Under the pieces are notes generated by a model that was not told the origin of the DNA, ran no database searches, and saw nothing but the letters and a program-made list of their open reading frames with translations. Both the position numbers and the translations under genes were made by a program. From contig JAWVXD010000002.1 in the NCBI GenBank assembly GCA_033723415.1, positions 256,001 to 320,000 on the forward strand: a stretch of DNA of 64,000 nucleotides, read 5' to 3'. Each line of letters starts with the position of its first letter. Position 1 is the first letter of the stretch. The stretch is from Sulfurospirillaceae bacterium (GTDB lineage Bacteria; Campylobacterota; Campylobacteria; Campylobacterales; Sulfurospirillaceae). This document shows positions 1 through 9,846 of this stretch, in pieces.

Positions 1-309
1 CAGAATACAGACTCTAAAGATCACAAATATTATTTTGAAGTTGAAAACAAAGATATAAGTGTTTTAAGGCCATCAGATCCTTTCTTATTGAAGGCCGGTA
101 AAAAGATCAAAAAAGTTGTAATCCTCGTGACCAATAAAGAATTAGTCGATACTGATGCAAAAGATACTCCTGTTCCTATTAGGATAAAAGCTTATGCAAT
201 TGATGATAAAAAGAAAATTGTAGTTTTTAGAGACACTGTATTCTTTTACCCAAGAGTAAGTGAACTAGAAGAACATGAAAAAGGTCATCATAATAAAGAA
301 GAACATTAA
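1..309 (+). CDS. ccoG: C-terminal part of cbb3-type cytochrome oxidase accessory protein CcoG/FixG (5' truncated by window)
   Basis: Frame is open from base 1 (QNTDSKDHKYYFEV...PFLLKAGKKIKKVVILVT...DTPVPIRIKAYA...VFRDTVFFYP). It resembles the C-terminal Ig-like domain of Campylobacterota CcoG and ends in a His-rich tail. Confidence 0.65.
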   Translation, partial: QNTDSKDHKYYFEVENKDISVLRPSDPFLLKAGKKIKKVVILVTNKELVDTDAKDTPVPIRIKAYAIDDKKKIVVFRDTVFFYPRVSELEEHEKGHHNKEEH

Positions 310-316
310 TTGATAT

Positions 317-350
317 AAAGTGGAAGTGCTATTTATTGCATTTCCACTTT
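317..350. terminator. Probable bidirectional intrinsic terminator between convergent ccoG and MCP genes
   Basis: AAAGTGGAAGTGC-8 nt-GCATTTCCACTTT, a 13-bp stem with one G-U pair. Confidence 0.75.
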
Positions 351-361
351 CGAAAATGCTA

Positions 362-1459
362 TTATTTTTGTTTTTCTAAAAGCATCTTATCAAGTATAAG
401 AAATACATTATCGCTTGCTTTCTCCATCTCTTCAAAAGCTTTCATAAAATTTTCTAAACCTTCAGATTCACTGTGTATCAAATCAAAGATTTTGTGAGTC
501 GTATTATGGACAATAGAATGAGGATTTTCAAGTGCCGAATAACTAGCAGTTTTCTTGAAAAAATCACTTCCTTCTCCATCATAATACCACTTTCCTAGAC
601 GACAGTTGTGATGATCAATAAAAGTAAATTGTTCTTTCTTTGATATTGCAGATATGTAGGTATTTACTTTCCAGATTACATGATCAAGCTTCGCTAAGCT
701 CATAAAAATTTTTTCCGCAGTATGTTCCGTATTGACAAAGACTTCTCTCATCATATGAGAACTATGTTCCATATTTGTATTAAAACTTCCGATAAATTTA
801 TTTGATTCTTCCAGATTCACTTGTACTTGTTCAAATTTCTCTCCAATAGTTGTTACATCCTGGTTCATTGTTTGAAGAGAGATATTGATCTCACTAATTG
901 CTTTATCTGTTCTATCAGCAAGTTTGCGTACTTCATCAGCAACAACGGCAAACCCCCTTCCGTGTTCTCCTGCACGTGCGGCTTCTATGGCTGCATTCAA
1001 AGCTAACAAGTTTGTCTGATCGGCAATATCCTTAATAAGGCTTAATATACCCTCCACATCTTGAGCCCGCGTAGAAAGAGAACTAATAGTCTCAATAGAT
1101 TCTATTGTTAAATTATTTAGTCCATCTAACGTTTGTGTGATCTTTGATGCTTTTTGTCCTAGGTTGACAATATCTTCGAGTAATGCTATAGATTGCTTTA
1201 TATTTTCTTTTGATGATGTTACTGATACCCCTATGTCACCTTGAATATCACTTAAATTTTTTTTGAGTTGGCTGTTTTGATACAACATCATCGTTGTAGC
1301 ACTAATATTTTGATTTTGTGTATTATTTTTTGATAGTTCTATCTCTTTTTCTTGAAGATTTTTATTTAATAGCTGATTCTTTTCTTTAAGATCCTCATTT
1401 TCTTTTTTTATCTTAGCTAACTCATTTCTCAAATCCAAGTCCGCACTAAACCAGCCCAT
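362..1459 (-). CDS. Soluble methyl-accepting chemotaxis protein with C-terminal CZB zinc-binding domain (TlpD-like)
   Basis: MCP hairpin tip [37 protein letters not shown] ligands [14 protein letters not shown] and H..VH. No transmembrane segment. Confidence 0.9.
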   Translation of the reverse strand: MGWFSADLDLRNELAKIKKENEDLKEKNQLLNKNLQEKEIELSKNNTQNQNISATTMMLYQNSQLKKNLSDIQGDIGVSVTSSKENIKQSIALLEDIVNLGQKASKITQTLDGLNNLTIESIETISSLSTRAQDVEGILSLIKDIADQTNLLALNAAIEAARAGEHGRGFAVVADEVRKLADRTDKAISEINISLQTMNQDVTTIGEKFEQVQVNLEESNKFIGSFNTNMEHSSHMMREVFVNTEHTAEKIFMSLAKLDHVIWKVNTYISAISKKEQFTFIDHHNCRLGKWYYDGEGSDFFKKTASYSALENPHSIVHNTTHKIFDLIHSESEGLENFMKAFEEMEKASDNVFLILDKMLLEKQK

Positions 1460-1468
1460 ATTTTCTCC

Positions 1469-3298
1469 TTATCCTTTATCTTCTAATCTCGCCCTTGCTT
1501 CCAAAAACATCTCAATATTTTCCAAAAATAGATCAAGTAGAATCGGATCAAATTGCTTTCCTTTTTCTTTTTTAAACAATGCAAATATTTTTTCATCATC
1601 CCATGCTTTTTTATACACACGATCATGACTTAGTGCATCAAACACATCTGCAATAGCTGTAATACGACCAAATATAGGGATATCTTCCCCTGATAATCCT
1701 TTTGGATAACCTTTTCCATCCCATCTCTCATGGTGCGTATATGCAACTGTAGCTGAAGCTTTCAATATATCTCTTTTTGAGTGCTTAAGCATTTCATACC
1801 CTAGTTCAGTGTGTGTTTTAACTATCTCAAACTCTTCATCACTTAGCATTCCAGGTTTATTTAGGATACTATCTTCAATACCGACTTTACCTATATCATG
1901 CATAGGAGATGCCAAACGTAGCAGCTCTGCTTCATCATCACTCATACCAAAAAGCTTGGCAAGAATATATGAGAATTCTGCAACTCTTACAACATGTAAC
2001 CCTGCTTCTTTAGATCTCATTTCCCCAATAGATCCCATAGTATTAATAATCTCTTTTTGAGTATCTATTATTTCTTGGTTAAGCTTGACGACTTGTGTTA
2101 TGTCATGCATGACCTCTAGAAATTGAGTTTGTTTTCCATCCACGTCTGTTATAGGGCAAAAAAGAGTTTCTGCTATAAAAGAATCACCATTTTTTGAAAT
2201 ATTTTCAAGTACTCGATTTACTCTTTTGCCTTTTTTAAGTTCTTTTGCAATATTTTCACAATCTCCTCTGGCTCTGTGGTGTGTCGCTCTGAATTCTGTG
2301 CATTTCCTCCCGACCAACTCTTCAAGATCATAGCCGCTAAGAGAACAAAACTTTTCATTTGCATGTATAATATTATTTTCTGTATCAGTTTTTAAAATAG
2401 CCATCATAGAATTTATACTATTTTCATACTGTTTGGCATAATGAAAATTTTCTTTGAAATTTTTATCTGTAATATAAAATTTTTGTTGGAGAAGTTGCTT
2501 ATATTCTTCTAATTCTGTTATATCTGTTCTTATTCCAATAAATTCAATAATATTGCCGTAATTGTCAATAATAGGATTAATTACCGTTTTAACCCAATAA
2601 TGTGAACCATCTTTTTTTCGGTTTTTAACAATACCTTCCCAAATATTTCCTTTTTTTATAGTTGTCCAAAGTTCTTTAAAAACCTCTCTTCTCATATCCG
2701 GATGTCTTATTATATTATGAGATTTACCTATTAATTCATCTCTTCTGTATCCGGAAATATCACAAAACTTGTCATTGGCAAATGTAATGATCCCGTTTTT
2801 ATCAGTTTTGGAAACGATTGAGCTTTGATCTACAGTATCTTTATATTCTTGAAGTATTTTTCTCTCATAATTGATTTGTTTTACTTTATTTCTCACATCA
2901 ATCAAAGAATCAACTTTTAATAATAATTGTTCTTCAATAAATGGCTTTAAAAAAAATTCGTTTGCACCTATTTTTATTAATCTGCTTAAAGAATTAGCAT
3001 CATCTAAACTAGACATAACGAGGATATGGACATCTGAAGTGTTTGGATTTTTTTTTAACTCTTCTAGTATATCATCTGCTTTCATATCGGAGAGTTCCAT
3101 ATCTAGTATGATCAAATCATACGTGTTCTGGGATATTGCTTCATCGATCATCTTTTTATCTAGAGCTATTAGTATTTGATAATTGCGAGATTTTAATATA
3201 GAATTGATTCTCTCGCTTTCAGATATAGAATCATTGATGATTAGAATAGATCCAGGCTGAGAATTGGCTGAGATTTTCTTCCTTATACTTGTAGTCAT
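1469..3298 (-). CDS. REC-PAS-PAS-HD-GYP cyclic dinucleotide phosphodiesterase
   Basis: Receiver domain (DLIILD, FLKPF), two PAS domains (ANDKFCDISGY...NIIRHPDM), HD-GYP motifs MHDIGK, HHERWDGKGYP and ADVFDAL. Confidence 0.9.
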   Translation of the reverse strand: MTTSIRKKISANSQPGSILIINDSISESERINSILKSRNYQILIALDKKMIDEAISQNTYDLIILDMELSDMKADDILEELKKNPNTSDVHILVMSSLDDANSLSRLIKIGANEFFLKPFIEEQLLLKVDSLIDVRNKVKQINYERKILQEYKDTVDQSSIVSKTDKNGIITFANDKFCDISGYRRDELIGKSHNIIRHPDMRREVFKELWTTIKKGNIWEGIVKNRKKDGSHYWVKTVINPIIDNYGNIIEFIGIRTDITELEEYKQLLQQKFYITDKNFKENFHYAKQYENSINSMMAILKTDTENNIIHANEKFCSLSGYDLEELVGRKCTEFRATHHRARGDCENIAKELKKGKRVNRVLENISKNGDSFIAETLFCPITDVDGKQTQFLEVMHDITQVVKLNQEIIDTQKEIINTMGSIGEMRSKEAGLHVVRVAEFSYILAKLFGMSDDEAELLRLASPMHDIGKVGIEDSILNKPGMLSDEEFEIVKTHTELGYEMLKHSKRDILKASATVAYTHHERWDGKGYPKGLSGEDIPIFGRITAIADVFDALSHDRVYKKAWDDEKIFALFKKEKGKQFDPILLDLFLENIEMFLEARARLEDKG

Positions 3299-3556
3299 TT
3301 GCTCCGTCCGGTATAATATTTGCTGCGGTTCATTTTATCATTACATATCTTTATTATATCTTGATAATAATGTACATATGCTCAAGTAATAAAAAAAAAT
3401 ACTTTATATGTGAAGTATAGTAATACTTGATAGTAGATATTACTAATTTTGATTTATATTTATTGGGTGATTAATAATAGCTTTTAAATATTAATAATAT
3501 TTTAACGCGAAAAGGATGGAAGATCTAATTTTTATAGGTTTGTTATCTAAGTATTT

Positions 3557-3586
3557 ATGCTAGATGATTCAAAAACCACCTAGCAT
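3557..3586 (-). terminator. Probable terminator hairpin downstream of rplT
   Basis: On the minus strand ATGCTAGGTGGT...ATCATCTAGCAT forms a stem just after the rplT stop. Confidence 0.55.
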
Positions 3587-3593
3587 TTTAAAG

Positions 3594-3947
3594 TTAAATT
3601 GCGGCTTTAGCTTGTTTTACAACGTTTGCGAAACCTTCTGGATCGCTAATAGCCATATTTGCTAAAATTTTTCTATCTAATTGTATATTTGCTTTATTTA
3701 ATGCATTAATAAAACGAGAGTAACTAATATCATTTAATCTACAAGCAGCATTGATTCTTGTTATCCAAAGTCTTCTGAAATCTCTTTTCTTGTTTTTTCT
3801 GTCTCTATATGCATAGACAAGACTTCTCTCAAGCTGTTCTTTAGCTTTTCTAAAATGTTTTCTTCTACCGCTGTAGAAACCTTTTGCTAATTTAAGTATC
3901 TTCTTGTGTCGTCTTCTTCTTACAACACCAGTTTTAACTCTTGCCAT
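3594..3947 (-). CDS. rplT: 50S ribosomal protein L20
   Basis: [23 protein letters not shown]...[11 protein letters not shown]. Confidence 0.99.
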   Translation of the reverse strand: MARVKTGVVRRRRHKKILKLAKGFYSGRRKHFRKAKEQLERSLVYAYRDRKNKKRDFRRLWITRINAACRLNDISYSRFINALNKANIQLDRKILANMAISDPEGFANVVKQAKAAI

Positions 3948-3949
3948 TT

Positions 3950-4018
3950 TGTCTCCTTGACCTTATCGTTTGTTGGTGTCCCTTTTAGGGAACTTGCCCT
4001 CATATTCTGAGGGGAACA
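3950..4018 (-). promoter_or_regulatory. Candidate L20-responsive structured RNA leader between rpmI and rplT
   Basis: mRNA has CCCUCA/UGAGGG and UCCCU/AGGGA hairpins, a CAAG linker and an ACC/GGU helix. UGUUCC can pair with the rplT SD region (GGAGACA). Confidence 0.5.
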
Positions 4019-4069
4019 TTGCAACTATTATATTAACTTTTGAGATACCTCATATAGTTAAAAACTCTT

Positions 4070-4264
4070 TTACTTCTTCCCTAACATCAGTTTTACTGAT
4101 GCTACGTCACGGCTGTCTACAGTTTTTGCCTCTTTAAGACCACGCATTCTCTTTGTTGCTTTTTTAGTCAAGATATGACTTCTAAAAGCTGCGCCTCTTT
4201 TGATCTTATTTTTGCTTGCTTTGAAGCGTTTTGCTGCACCGCGTACCGTTTTCATTTTCGGCAT
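4070..4264 (-). CDS. rpmI: 50S ribosomal protein L35
   Basis: [14 protein letters not shown]...HILTKK. Confidence 0.99.
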   Translation of the reverse strand: MPKMKTVRGAAKRFKASKNKIKRGAAFRSHILTKKATKRMRGLKEAKTVDSRDVASVKLMLGKK

Positions 4265-4365
4265 GCATTCTCCTTAAAAATTTCAGACATGTAATATGCC
4301 TGTATTGTGAGTCGGACATTTTACCTTAAAGTCTCTTAAGAAATTGTAAAAGCGAAATATAAATT

Positions 4366-4881
4366 TTATTTTTTGGGCAAAACCATCATATTTATATAGC
4401 GACCTTCTAGAATCGGAGGTTTTTCTCTAACGCCAATATCTTCAACCATTGGCCAGATTTTTTCTAAAACTTCCTTCCCAGAATCAGGATTTGAAATCTC
4501 ACGACCACGCAAAAAGACTCTAAACTTGACATGTTTCCCTTCTTCTAGGAATTCTCTTGCATGTTTTATCTTGTAATTTATGTCATTTTGTGCAATTTTG
4601 ATAGAAAGCTTAATTTCTTTGACCTCTATGGTCTTTTGTTTTTTCTTAGCTTCTTTTTTCTTTTTTTCTTCCTGATATCTAAATTTGCCATAGTCCATGA
4701 TCTTGCAAACCGGCGGATTCGCATCCGGAGCAATTAGAACTAAATCTAAACCTAGCTCTTCAGACTTACGCAATGCGTCACTTCTAGAGATGATTCCGTA
4801 CTGTGTACCGTCATCCCCAATGCATCTCACTTCGTTTGCTCGAATTTCTTGGTTAAGCATTATGTCTTTGTCTTTACTCAA
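4366..4881 (-). CDS. infC: Translation initiation factor IF-3 (TTG start overlapping thrS stop)
   Basis: [38 protein letters not shown]...[12 protein letters not shown]. Confidence 0.98.
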   Translation of the reverse strand: MSKDKDIMLNQEIRANEVRCIGDDGTQYGIISRSDALRKSEELGLDLVLIAPDANPPVCKIMDYGKFRYQEEKKKKEAKKKQKTIEVKEIKLSIKIAQNDINYKIKHAREFLEEGKHVKFRVFLRGREISNPDSGKEVLEKIWPMVEDIGVREKPPILEGRYINMMVLPKK

Positions 4882-6695
4882 AAGTGTACCTCACTAAGTT
4901 TCTCCTTCATTGTTGATATTAATTCGTCTACTGTTAGATTATACTGTTTTCTATCTCTTCTATCTCTTAAAGCCACGCTATTATTTGCAATTTCTTCATC
5001 ACCTATTACCAAAATCATCGGTACACGCATCTTTTCGGCATTTCTTATTCTTTTATTCAAACTCTCATTTTTCGAAGAAATTTCTGTATCTATATCTAAA
5101 CTCAATAGTTTTTTAGAGAGTTCTTTCGCATATTCTATATGGCTTTCTGAAATCGGAACGATCACTGCTTGCGTAGGAGCTATAAAGAAAGGTAATTCTC
5201 CGGAAGTGTGTTCTATCAATATCCCGATAAATCGCTCGAATGATCCCAAGATCGCACGATGTAACATGACCGGTTGTTTGTGTTCATTATTTGCATCAAT
5301 ATAAGAAAGGTTAAATCTCTTAGGCAAATTATAATCGACTTGTATCGTAGAACATTGCCACTTTCGCTTGAGTGCATCTAGTATCTTCACATCGATTTTC
5401 GGACCGTAAAATGCTCCGCCGCCTTCATCGATGCCATATGTAATATTATTTTCATCAAGGGCATCTTTTAACCCTTGTGTTGCCGCTTCCCAAAAAGCAT
5501 CATCACCTATGGCTTTTTCCGGCTTGGTTGAGATTTCTATCTCATATTCAAAGCCAAAACTTTTCATGATATCATCAACAAAGCCTAACATTTCTATAAC
5601 ATTGTCTTTAATCTGATCTGGCGTACAAAAAACATGTGCATCATCTTGTGTAAATTCTCTTACTCTAAAAAGGCCATGCATTACACCGCTCATCTCATGA
5701 CGATGAACTACACCGTATTCAAAAAACTTCAACGGAAGATCTCTATAACTTCTTACATCATTTTGAAATACTTTTATATGTCCTACACAATTCATAGGCT
5801 TCATTCCGTATTCTGAACCATCGATCTCTGTAAAATACATATTTTCGCCATAATTGTCATAATGTCCACTTGTTTTCCAAGCGTCTGCTTTTAAGATCTC
5901 CGGTCCTCGAACTGGTTGATATCCTCTTAGACGATGAGCTTTAAAAAGTCTTTGCTCAATTTTACTTCTCATACGACTACCGTTTGGCAACCAGATAGGA
6001 AGCCCTGCACCGACCTCTTCATCAAAAGTAAAAAGTTTTAATTCCGTGCCCAATTTCCTATGGTCACGTTTTTTTGCCTCTTCTATCATTGTGATATAAT
6101 CTTTGAGACTCTCTTTATCTGCAAATGCAGTCCCATATATACGAGTCAACATCTCTCTGTTTTCATCACCGCCTAGATATGCACCGGCAACGCGAGTCAA
6201 CTTAAAAAATCTCAAATATCTTGTATCGGGTAGATGCGGTCCACGACATAAATCTTCAAATTCACCCTGCTTATATATAGAAACTTCACCATCCGGTATG
6301 CGAAGCAGTACTTCTTGTTTTAGATCATCGCTTAAAAATCTTTTTGCAACTTCAGATTTAGTGCTGTTGATCTTTTCAATTTTAGTATTTTTCTTTGCAA
6401 GTTCTTGCATCTTCTTTTCGATAGCTTTCAGATCACTATCACTGATTTTTTCATTTACGCGAAAATCATAATAAAATCCGTCTTCAATCACTGGACCCAC
6501 AAAAAATTGTGCATCTTTGTATATTTCTTTTATAGCTTGAGCCATCAAGTGCGCGCAAGAGTGACGAATAACTTCTAATGCTTCATCAGAATTACCGAAC
6601 AATATCTCATTTTCATATGTTTTTGTTTGTGCAGAAGCACTTTGAGTATCAATTATGAGGTTGCCTTCTTTATAGGCGATAACATCATTATTCAT
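4878..6695 (-). CDS. thrS: Threonine--tRNA ligase
   Basis: [47 protein letters not shown]. Start moved to the ATG at 6695 (MNNDV), which follows an AAGGA SD. Confidence 0.98.
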   Translation of the reverse strand: MNNDVIAYKEGNLIIDTQSASAQTKTYENEILFGNSDEALEVIRHSCAHLMAQAIKEIYKDAQFFVGPVIEDGFYYDFRVNEKISDSDLKAIEKKMQELAKKNTKIEKINSTKSEVAKRFLSDDLKQEVLLRIPDGEVSIYKQGEFEDLCRGPHLPDTRYLRFFKLTRVAGAYLGGDENREMLTRIYGTAFADKESLKDYITMIEEAKKRDHRKLGTELKLFTFDEEVGAGLPIWLPNGSRMRSKIEQRLFKAHRLRGYQPVRGPEILKADAWKTSGHYDNYGENMYFTEIDGSEYGMKPMNCVGHIKVFQNDVRSYRDLPLKFFEYGVVHRHEMSGVMHGLFRVREFTQDDAHVFCTPDQIKDNVIEMLGFVDDIMKSFGFEYEIEISTKPEKAIGDDAFWEAATQGLKDALDENNITYGIDEGGGAFYGPKIDVKILDALKRKWQCSTIQVDYNLPKRFNLSYIDANNEHKQPVMLHRAILGSFERFIGILIEHTSGELPFFIAPTQAVIVPISESHIEYAKELSKKLLSLDIDTEISSKNESLNKRIRNAEKMRVPMILVIGDEEIANNSVALRDRRDRKQYNLTVDELISTMKEKLSEVHF

Positions 6696-6715
6696 AATTA
6701 TCCTTTTACTGTATA

Positions 6716-6825
6716 AACTCTGAATAGTAGAGACCCTGCGTAGTAATCGAAAAGATTTGACCAATCAAAACACTACCGCAAACGAGCATACAAAATGCTC
6801 TTAATAATCTCTAATTTATAGAGTT
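6716..6825 (-). promoter_or_regulatory. Candidate structured thrS 5' leader (branched, two apical stem-loops)
   Basis: Nested pairings 6716-6721/6820-6825, 6728-6734/6807-6813, 6737-6745/6771-6780 and hairpin 6784-6800. Apical regions contain UGU and GGU. Confidence 0.5.
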
Positions 6826-6845
6826 CTAAAATATGGATGATTTAG

Positions 6846-6878
6846 TATTGTTTGTTATACCTAAATAAACAAACAATA
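6846..6878. terminator. Inverted repeat, possible terminator for the LysR gene
   Basis: TATTGTTTGTT-11 nt-AACAAACAATA, a perfect 11-bp stem with imperfect extensions. Confidence 0.45.
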
Positions 6879-7040
6879 TGAACTATCTATATTCTTATTA
6901 AAAAGCTGGAGTATACCATAAATATATTTATACTATAGTAAATTTTACCTGCCAAATGCCATATATCCCAGCTTGACAGTTTTTAATTGGCTAAATTATT
7001 AAAAACTTTTTGTGCAAATGTTCAGTTTCATTTTCTCATA

Positions 7041-7967
7041 TTAATCTATATTAAGTTTTTTGGGAAATTTCATAGAATTTACAGTAAGATTCATAAATTT
7101 TTGAAATGAAATTGCCGCCTGTGATTTTTCTCTATCCGTTGCCCAGACAATCCCTACATCCCAACTAGGAATTTCTTCAACCACATTGACAGTCTCGACT
7201 CTCCTGCCTTCCAATGACCAAGGTCTATAAACCATATCGGCCAATATAGCGATGCCGCTTCCATTTGCTACCATACTTCTAACAGCTTCTATAGAATTCG
7301 TCCTATAGATGACATTTGGACGATAAGGTGTGTTATTCCAATATCGTTGAGTAACTTTACTTGCCTCATCAACCGTGATCATAATGTATGGTTCTTCTGA
7401 TATTTCCTGCAGTGTAACGGAAGATTTTTTTAAAAGCTTGTGTCCGGCACTTAACCATAGTCTACGCTTGGAACTGATAATTGTTTCATATTCCAGTTCA
7501 TCAATATTTTCTATATTGGCGACATCAAACAATCCAATATCATAGGTGCCGTTTATTAGACCTTCTTCAATATCCGCTCTATCCGCTTCTATAATCCGAA
7601 TTTTGACATTTGGGAAACTTCTTACAAATTTAGCATAATAACCTGCTATAAAATAACCTGAAATAGTAAATGACATAGCTACCGTAAGCTCCCCTTTTAT
7701 CAAAAGATTTTTTTGATTGGTGATATCCATCATCTCTTCTATTGAAGAAATAATACGCTTAGAATGCTCTAGAAACAAGTTACCGTCATACGTCAATTCA
7801 ATACCTTTTTGGTATCTAGTCATCAGTTGAGTATTCAACATATCTTCCAATCCTTTTATAGCCATAGTGATAGTTGATTGGGATATTTTTAATTTTGCAG
7901 CTGCTTTTGAAATTTGTCTTGTCTCAGCAACAGCGATAAAGTACTCCATATGCTTAATTGATATCAT
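7041..7967 (-). CDS. LysR-family transcriptional regulator
   Basis: N-terminal HTH (YFIAVAETRQISKAAAKLKISQSTIT..IKGLE) and LysR substrate-binding domain. Divergent from the ABC/amidase operon. Confidence 0.95.
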   Translation of the reverse strand: MISIKHMEYFIAVAETRQISKAAAKLKISQSTITMAIKGLEDMLNTQLMTRYQKGIELTYDGNLFLEHSKRIISSIEEMMDITNQKNLLIKGELTVAMSFTISGYFIAGYYAKFVRSFPNVKIRIIEADRADIEEGLINGTYDIGLFDVANIENIDELEYETIISSKRRLWLSAGHKLLKKSSVTLQEISEEPYIMITVDEASKVTQRYWNNTPYRPNVIYRTNSIEAVRSMVANGSGIAILADMVYRPWSLEGRRVETVNVVEEIPSWDVGIVWATDREKSQAAISFQKFMNLTVNSMKFPKKLNID

Positions 7968-7986
7968 TTTTACTCCTAATTATTAC

Positions 7987-8011
7987 AAAATATCAGAAAA
8001 ATTGATATTTT
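7987..8011. promoter_or_regulatory. LysR-type binding site 1 (ATC-N9-GAT, T-N11-A)
   Basis: AAAATATCA-GAAAAAT-TGATATTTT dyad about 20 bp upstream of the lysR start. Confidence 0.6.
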
Positions 8012-8111
8012 ATCTTGACAATAAATTTATTTTTTTGTATACTCGTCTTTCAATATACTTGATTTATAGTCATATATGTCAATTTTCTTCTGAAAATTTA
8101 TATAATACTAT

Positions 8112-8132
8112 TATATCAAAAATATTGATATA
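8112..8132. promoter_or_regulatory. LysR-type binding site 2 (ATC-N9-GAT)
   Basis: TATATCAA-AAATA-TTGATATA, the same TATCA-N7-TGATA core as site 1. Confidence 0.55.
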
Positions 8133-8552
8133 TATCTTTAATTTTTCAAGTTTTTTCATAAAATTCATGAAAAAATGTAAAATTGGTTACTTTATAAGCA
8201 ATTTTACATTATGTCTTTTTTATTTTAGTGATACAATCTCAAAAATAAGAGACGAATTGATTAACAGTACTGTTGTATACTTGATAAATATAGATAGCTC
8301 CATATTGATAAATCTTGAAAACTCCTAACAAAAAAGTTTAATTCTTATTTGTTTGGTTTTTGAGACAGCTGGTTATTAAGATCAGATGTTTCAAAAACCA
8401 AAAAAATAATCTGGTTGGCAAATTAGCATGACAATAGCTTTTTAAACATTGCTGTTGTAGGTGATTTAAGTCACTACTTAAATCTTATAAGAGTAAGTTT
8501 CCTATATGAACCGACTATGCTCTTAAAAATTTATTTTACAAGGAGAATAAAG

Positions 8553-9773
8553 ATGAAAAAGTTTTTTTTAAAGCAATTTAAATTATTGTTAATTGCTACA
8601 ACCGGCTTAATGCTGAGCAGTGTATCTGTTATTGCAGCAGACAATATTAAGGTAGGAGCCATTTTTGATCTCAGTGGAGGATTGAATATATATGGTATTC
8701 AACAAAGTCGAGCACTCCATCTAGCTGTTGACAATATCAACAATAATGGCGGCGTTAATGGTAAGAAGATAAAAGTTATAGAGTATGACTCACAATCTTC
8801 TCTTTCAAAATATACACAATTTACAAATACATTAATACGTAAAGATAGAATTGTTGCACTTTTTGCAGGACTGACCAGCTCTTCAAGAGAAGCGATACGA
8901 CCTATCATCAGAAAGGCAAAAATTCCATATTTCTACAGCTCATTATATGAAGGCGGGGCTTGTGACAAATATACTTTTGTAACAGGTGCATCTGCTTCTC
9001 AAGAAATGAAACCATTAATAAAATGGGCAGTTAAAAAATACGGTAAGCGTATTTTTATAATGGGTCCTGATTATAACTTCGGTACGATTTCCGGACACTG
9101 GATCAAAAAATATGCGAAAGATTTTGGAGCAGAAGTAGTCGGTGAAGATTATCTTCCACTAACAGCAAGTAACTTTTCTCCAACGATACAAAAGATCCAA
9201 GAATCAAAACCTAGTTTTGTAGTCGCCCTGGCTGTCGGATCAAATCAAATAAGCTTTTATGAGCAATTTTCTGCAGCTGGACTAAAAGGTAAAATAGGGT
9301 TGGTTTCAACAAACTATGGTTCAGGTAATCAGCAAGTTGTCGTTTCTCCTCAAGCCGGAGATGGAATCGTAACGTCTCAAAACTATTTTGATGTCATTGA
9401 TGAACCTGCTAACAAAATATTCAAAGCAGCCTGGATCAAAAAATATGGATATAAAGAGCCTATAACATCCGGAGCTGTCGATGTTTGGCTTTCAGTTAAT
9501 CTTTGGGCAAAAGCAGCACAAAAAGCAAAATCATCTAGCCCAAAATCAGTTGTTAGCGCCCTTGAAAGCGGTCTAACTTTTGAAGGACCAAACGGACTTG
9601 TAAAGATGTTGCCAAGATCACACCATTTACAACAAAATATTTACCTTGCCGAGGGAAATAACAAGCATCAATTTAAAGTGATCGCTACTTTTAAATCTGT
9701 AACACCTGATTTTGAAGAGCAAGTTTGTAACCTGATCAAGCATCCAAAAACAGCAAAACTGTTTGTTCCTTAA
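8553..9773 (+). CDS. Urea/short-chain amide ABC transporter substrate-binding protein (UrtA/AmiC/FmdD family)
   Basis: Signal peptide, IKVGAIFDLSG, TSSSREAIRP, YEGGACD, DYNFG. Start placed at the ATG at 8553 after an AGGAG SD. Confidence 0.88.
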   Translation: MKKFFLKQFKLLLIATTGLMLSSVSVIAADNIKVGAIFDLSGGLNIYGIQQSRALHLAVDNINNNGGVNGKKIKVIEYDSQSSLSKYTQFTNTLIRKDRIVALFAGLTSSSREAIRPIIRKAKIPYFYSSLYEGGACDKYTFVTGASASQEMKPLIKWAVKKYGKRIFIMGPDYNFGTISGHWIKKYAKDFGAEVVGEDYLPLTASNFSPTIQKIQESKPSFVVALAVGSNQISFYEQFSAAGLKGKIGLVSTNYGSGNQQVVVSPQAGDGIVTSQNYFDVIDEPANKIFKAAWIKKYGYKEPITSGAVDVWLSVNLWAKAAQKAKSSSPKSVVSALESGLTFEGPNGLVKMLPRSHHLQQNIYLAEGNNKHQFKVIATFKSVTPDFEEQVCNLIKHPKTAKLFVP

Positions 9774-9799
9774 TCGTTAAGGTAACAATACCATATAAT

Positions 9800-9823
9800 A
9801 GGTGAGCTATCTTTAGCTCACCT
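9800..9823 (+). other. Intercistronic stem-loop after the binding-protein gene (mRNA stabiliser or partial terminator)
   Basis: AGGTGAGCTA-TCTT-TAGCTCACCT, a perfect 10-bp stem. Confidence 0.65.
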
Positions 9824-9846
9824 CATCATTTAAGTTAGGAGAATTT

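Noticed and set aside
4634..4670. Poly-T runs as phase-variable tracts
   Set aside because: They encode the Lys-rich IF3 linker. No long poly-G/C tracts were seen in the window.
7867..8328. 153-aa + strand ORF in the lysR-urtA gap
   Set aside because: Overlaps lysR antisense, is I/F/Y/K-rich like translated AT-rich DNA, has no SD and covers the LysR operators.
8400..8552. Guanidine riboswitch or sigma54 promoter upstream of the urea-type transporter
   Set aside because: No guanidine-I/II/III consensus motifs, and the TGGCA here lacks a correctly spaced -12 GC.
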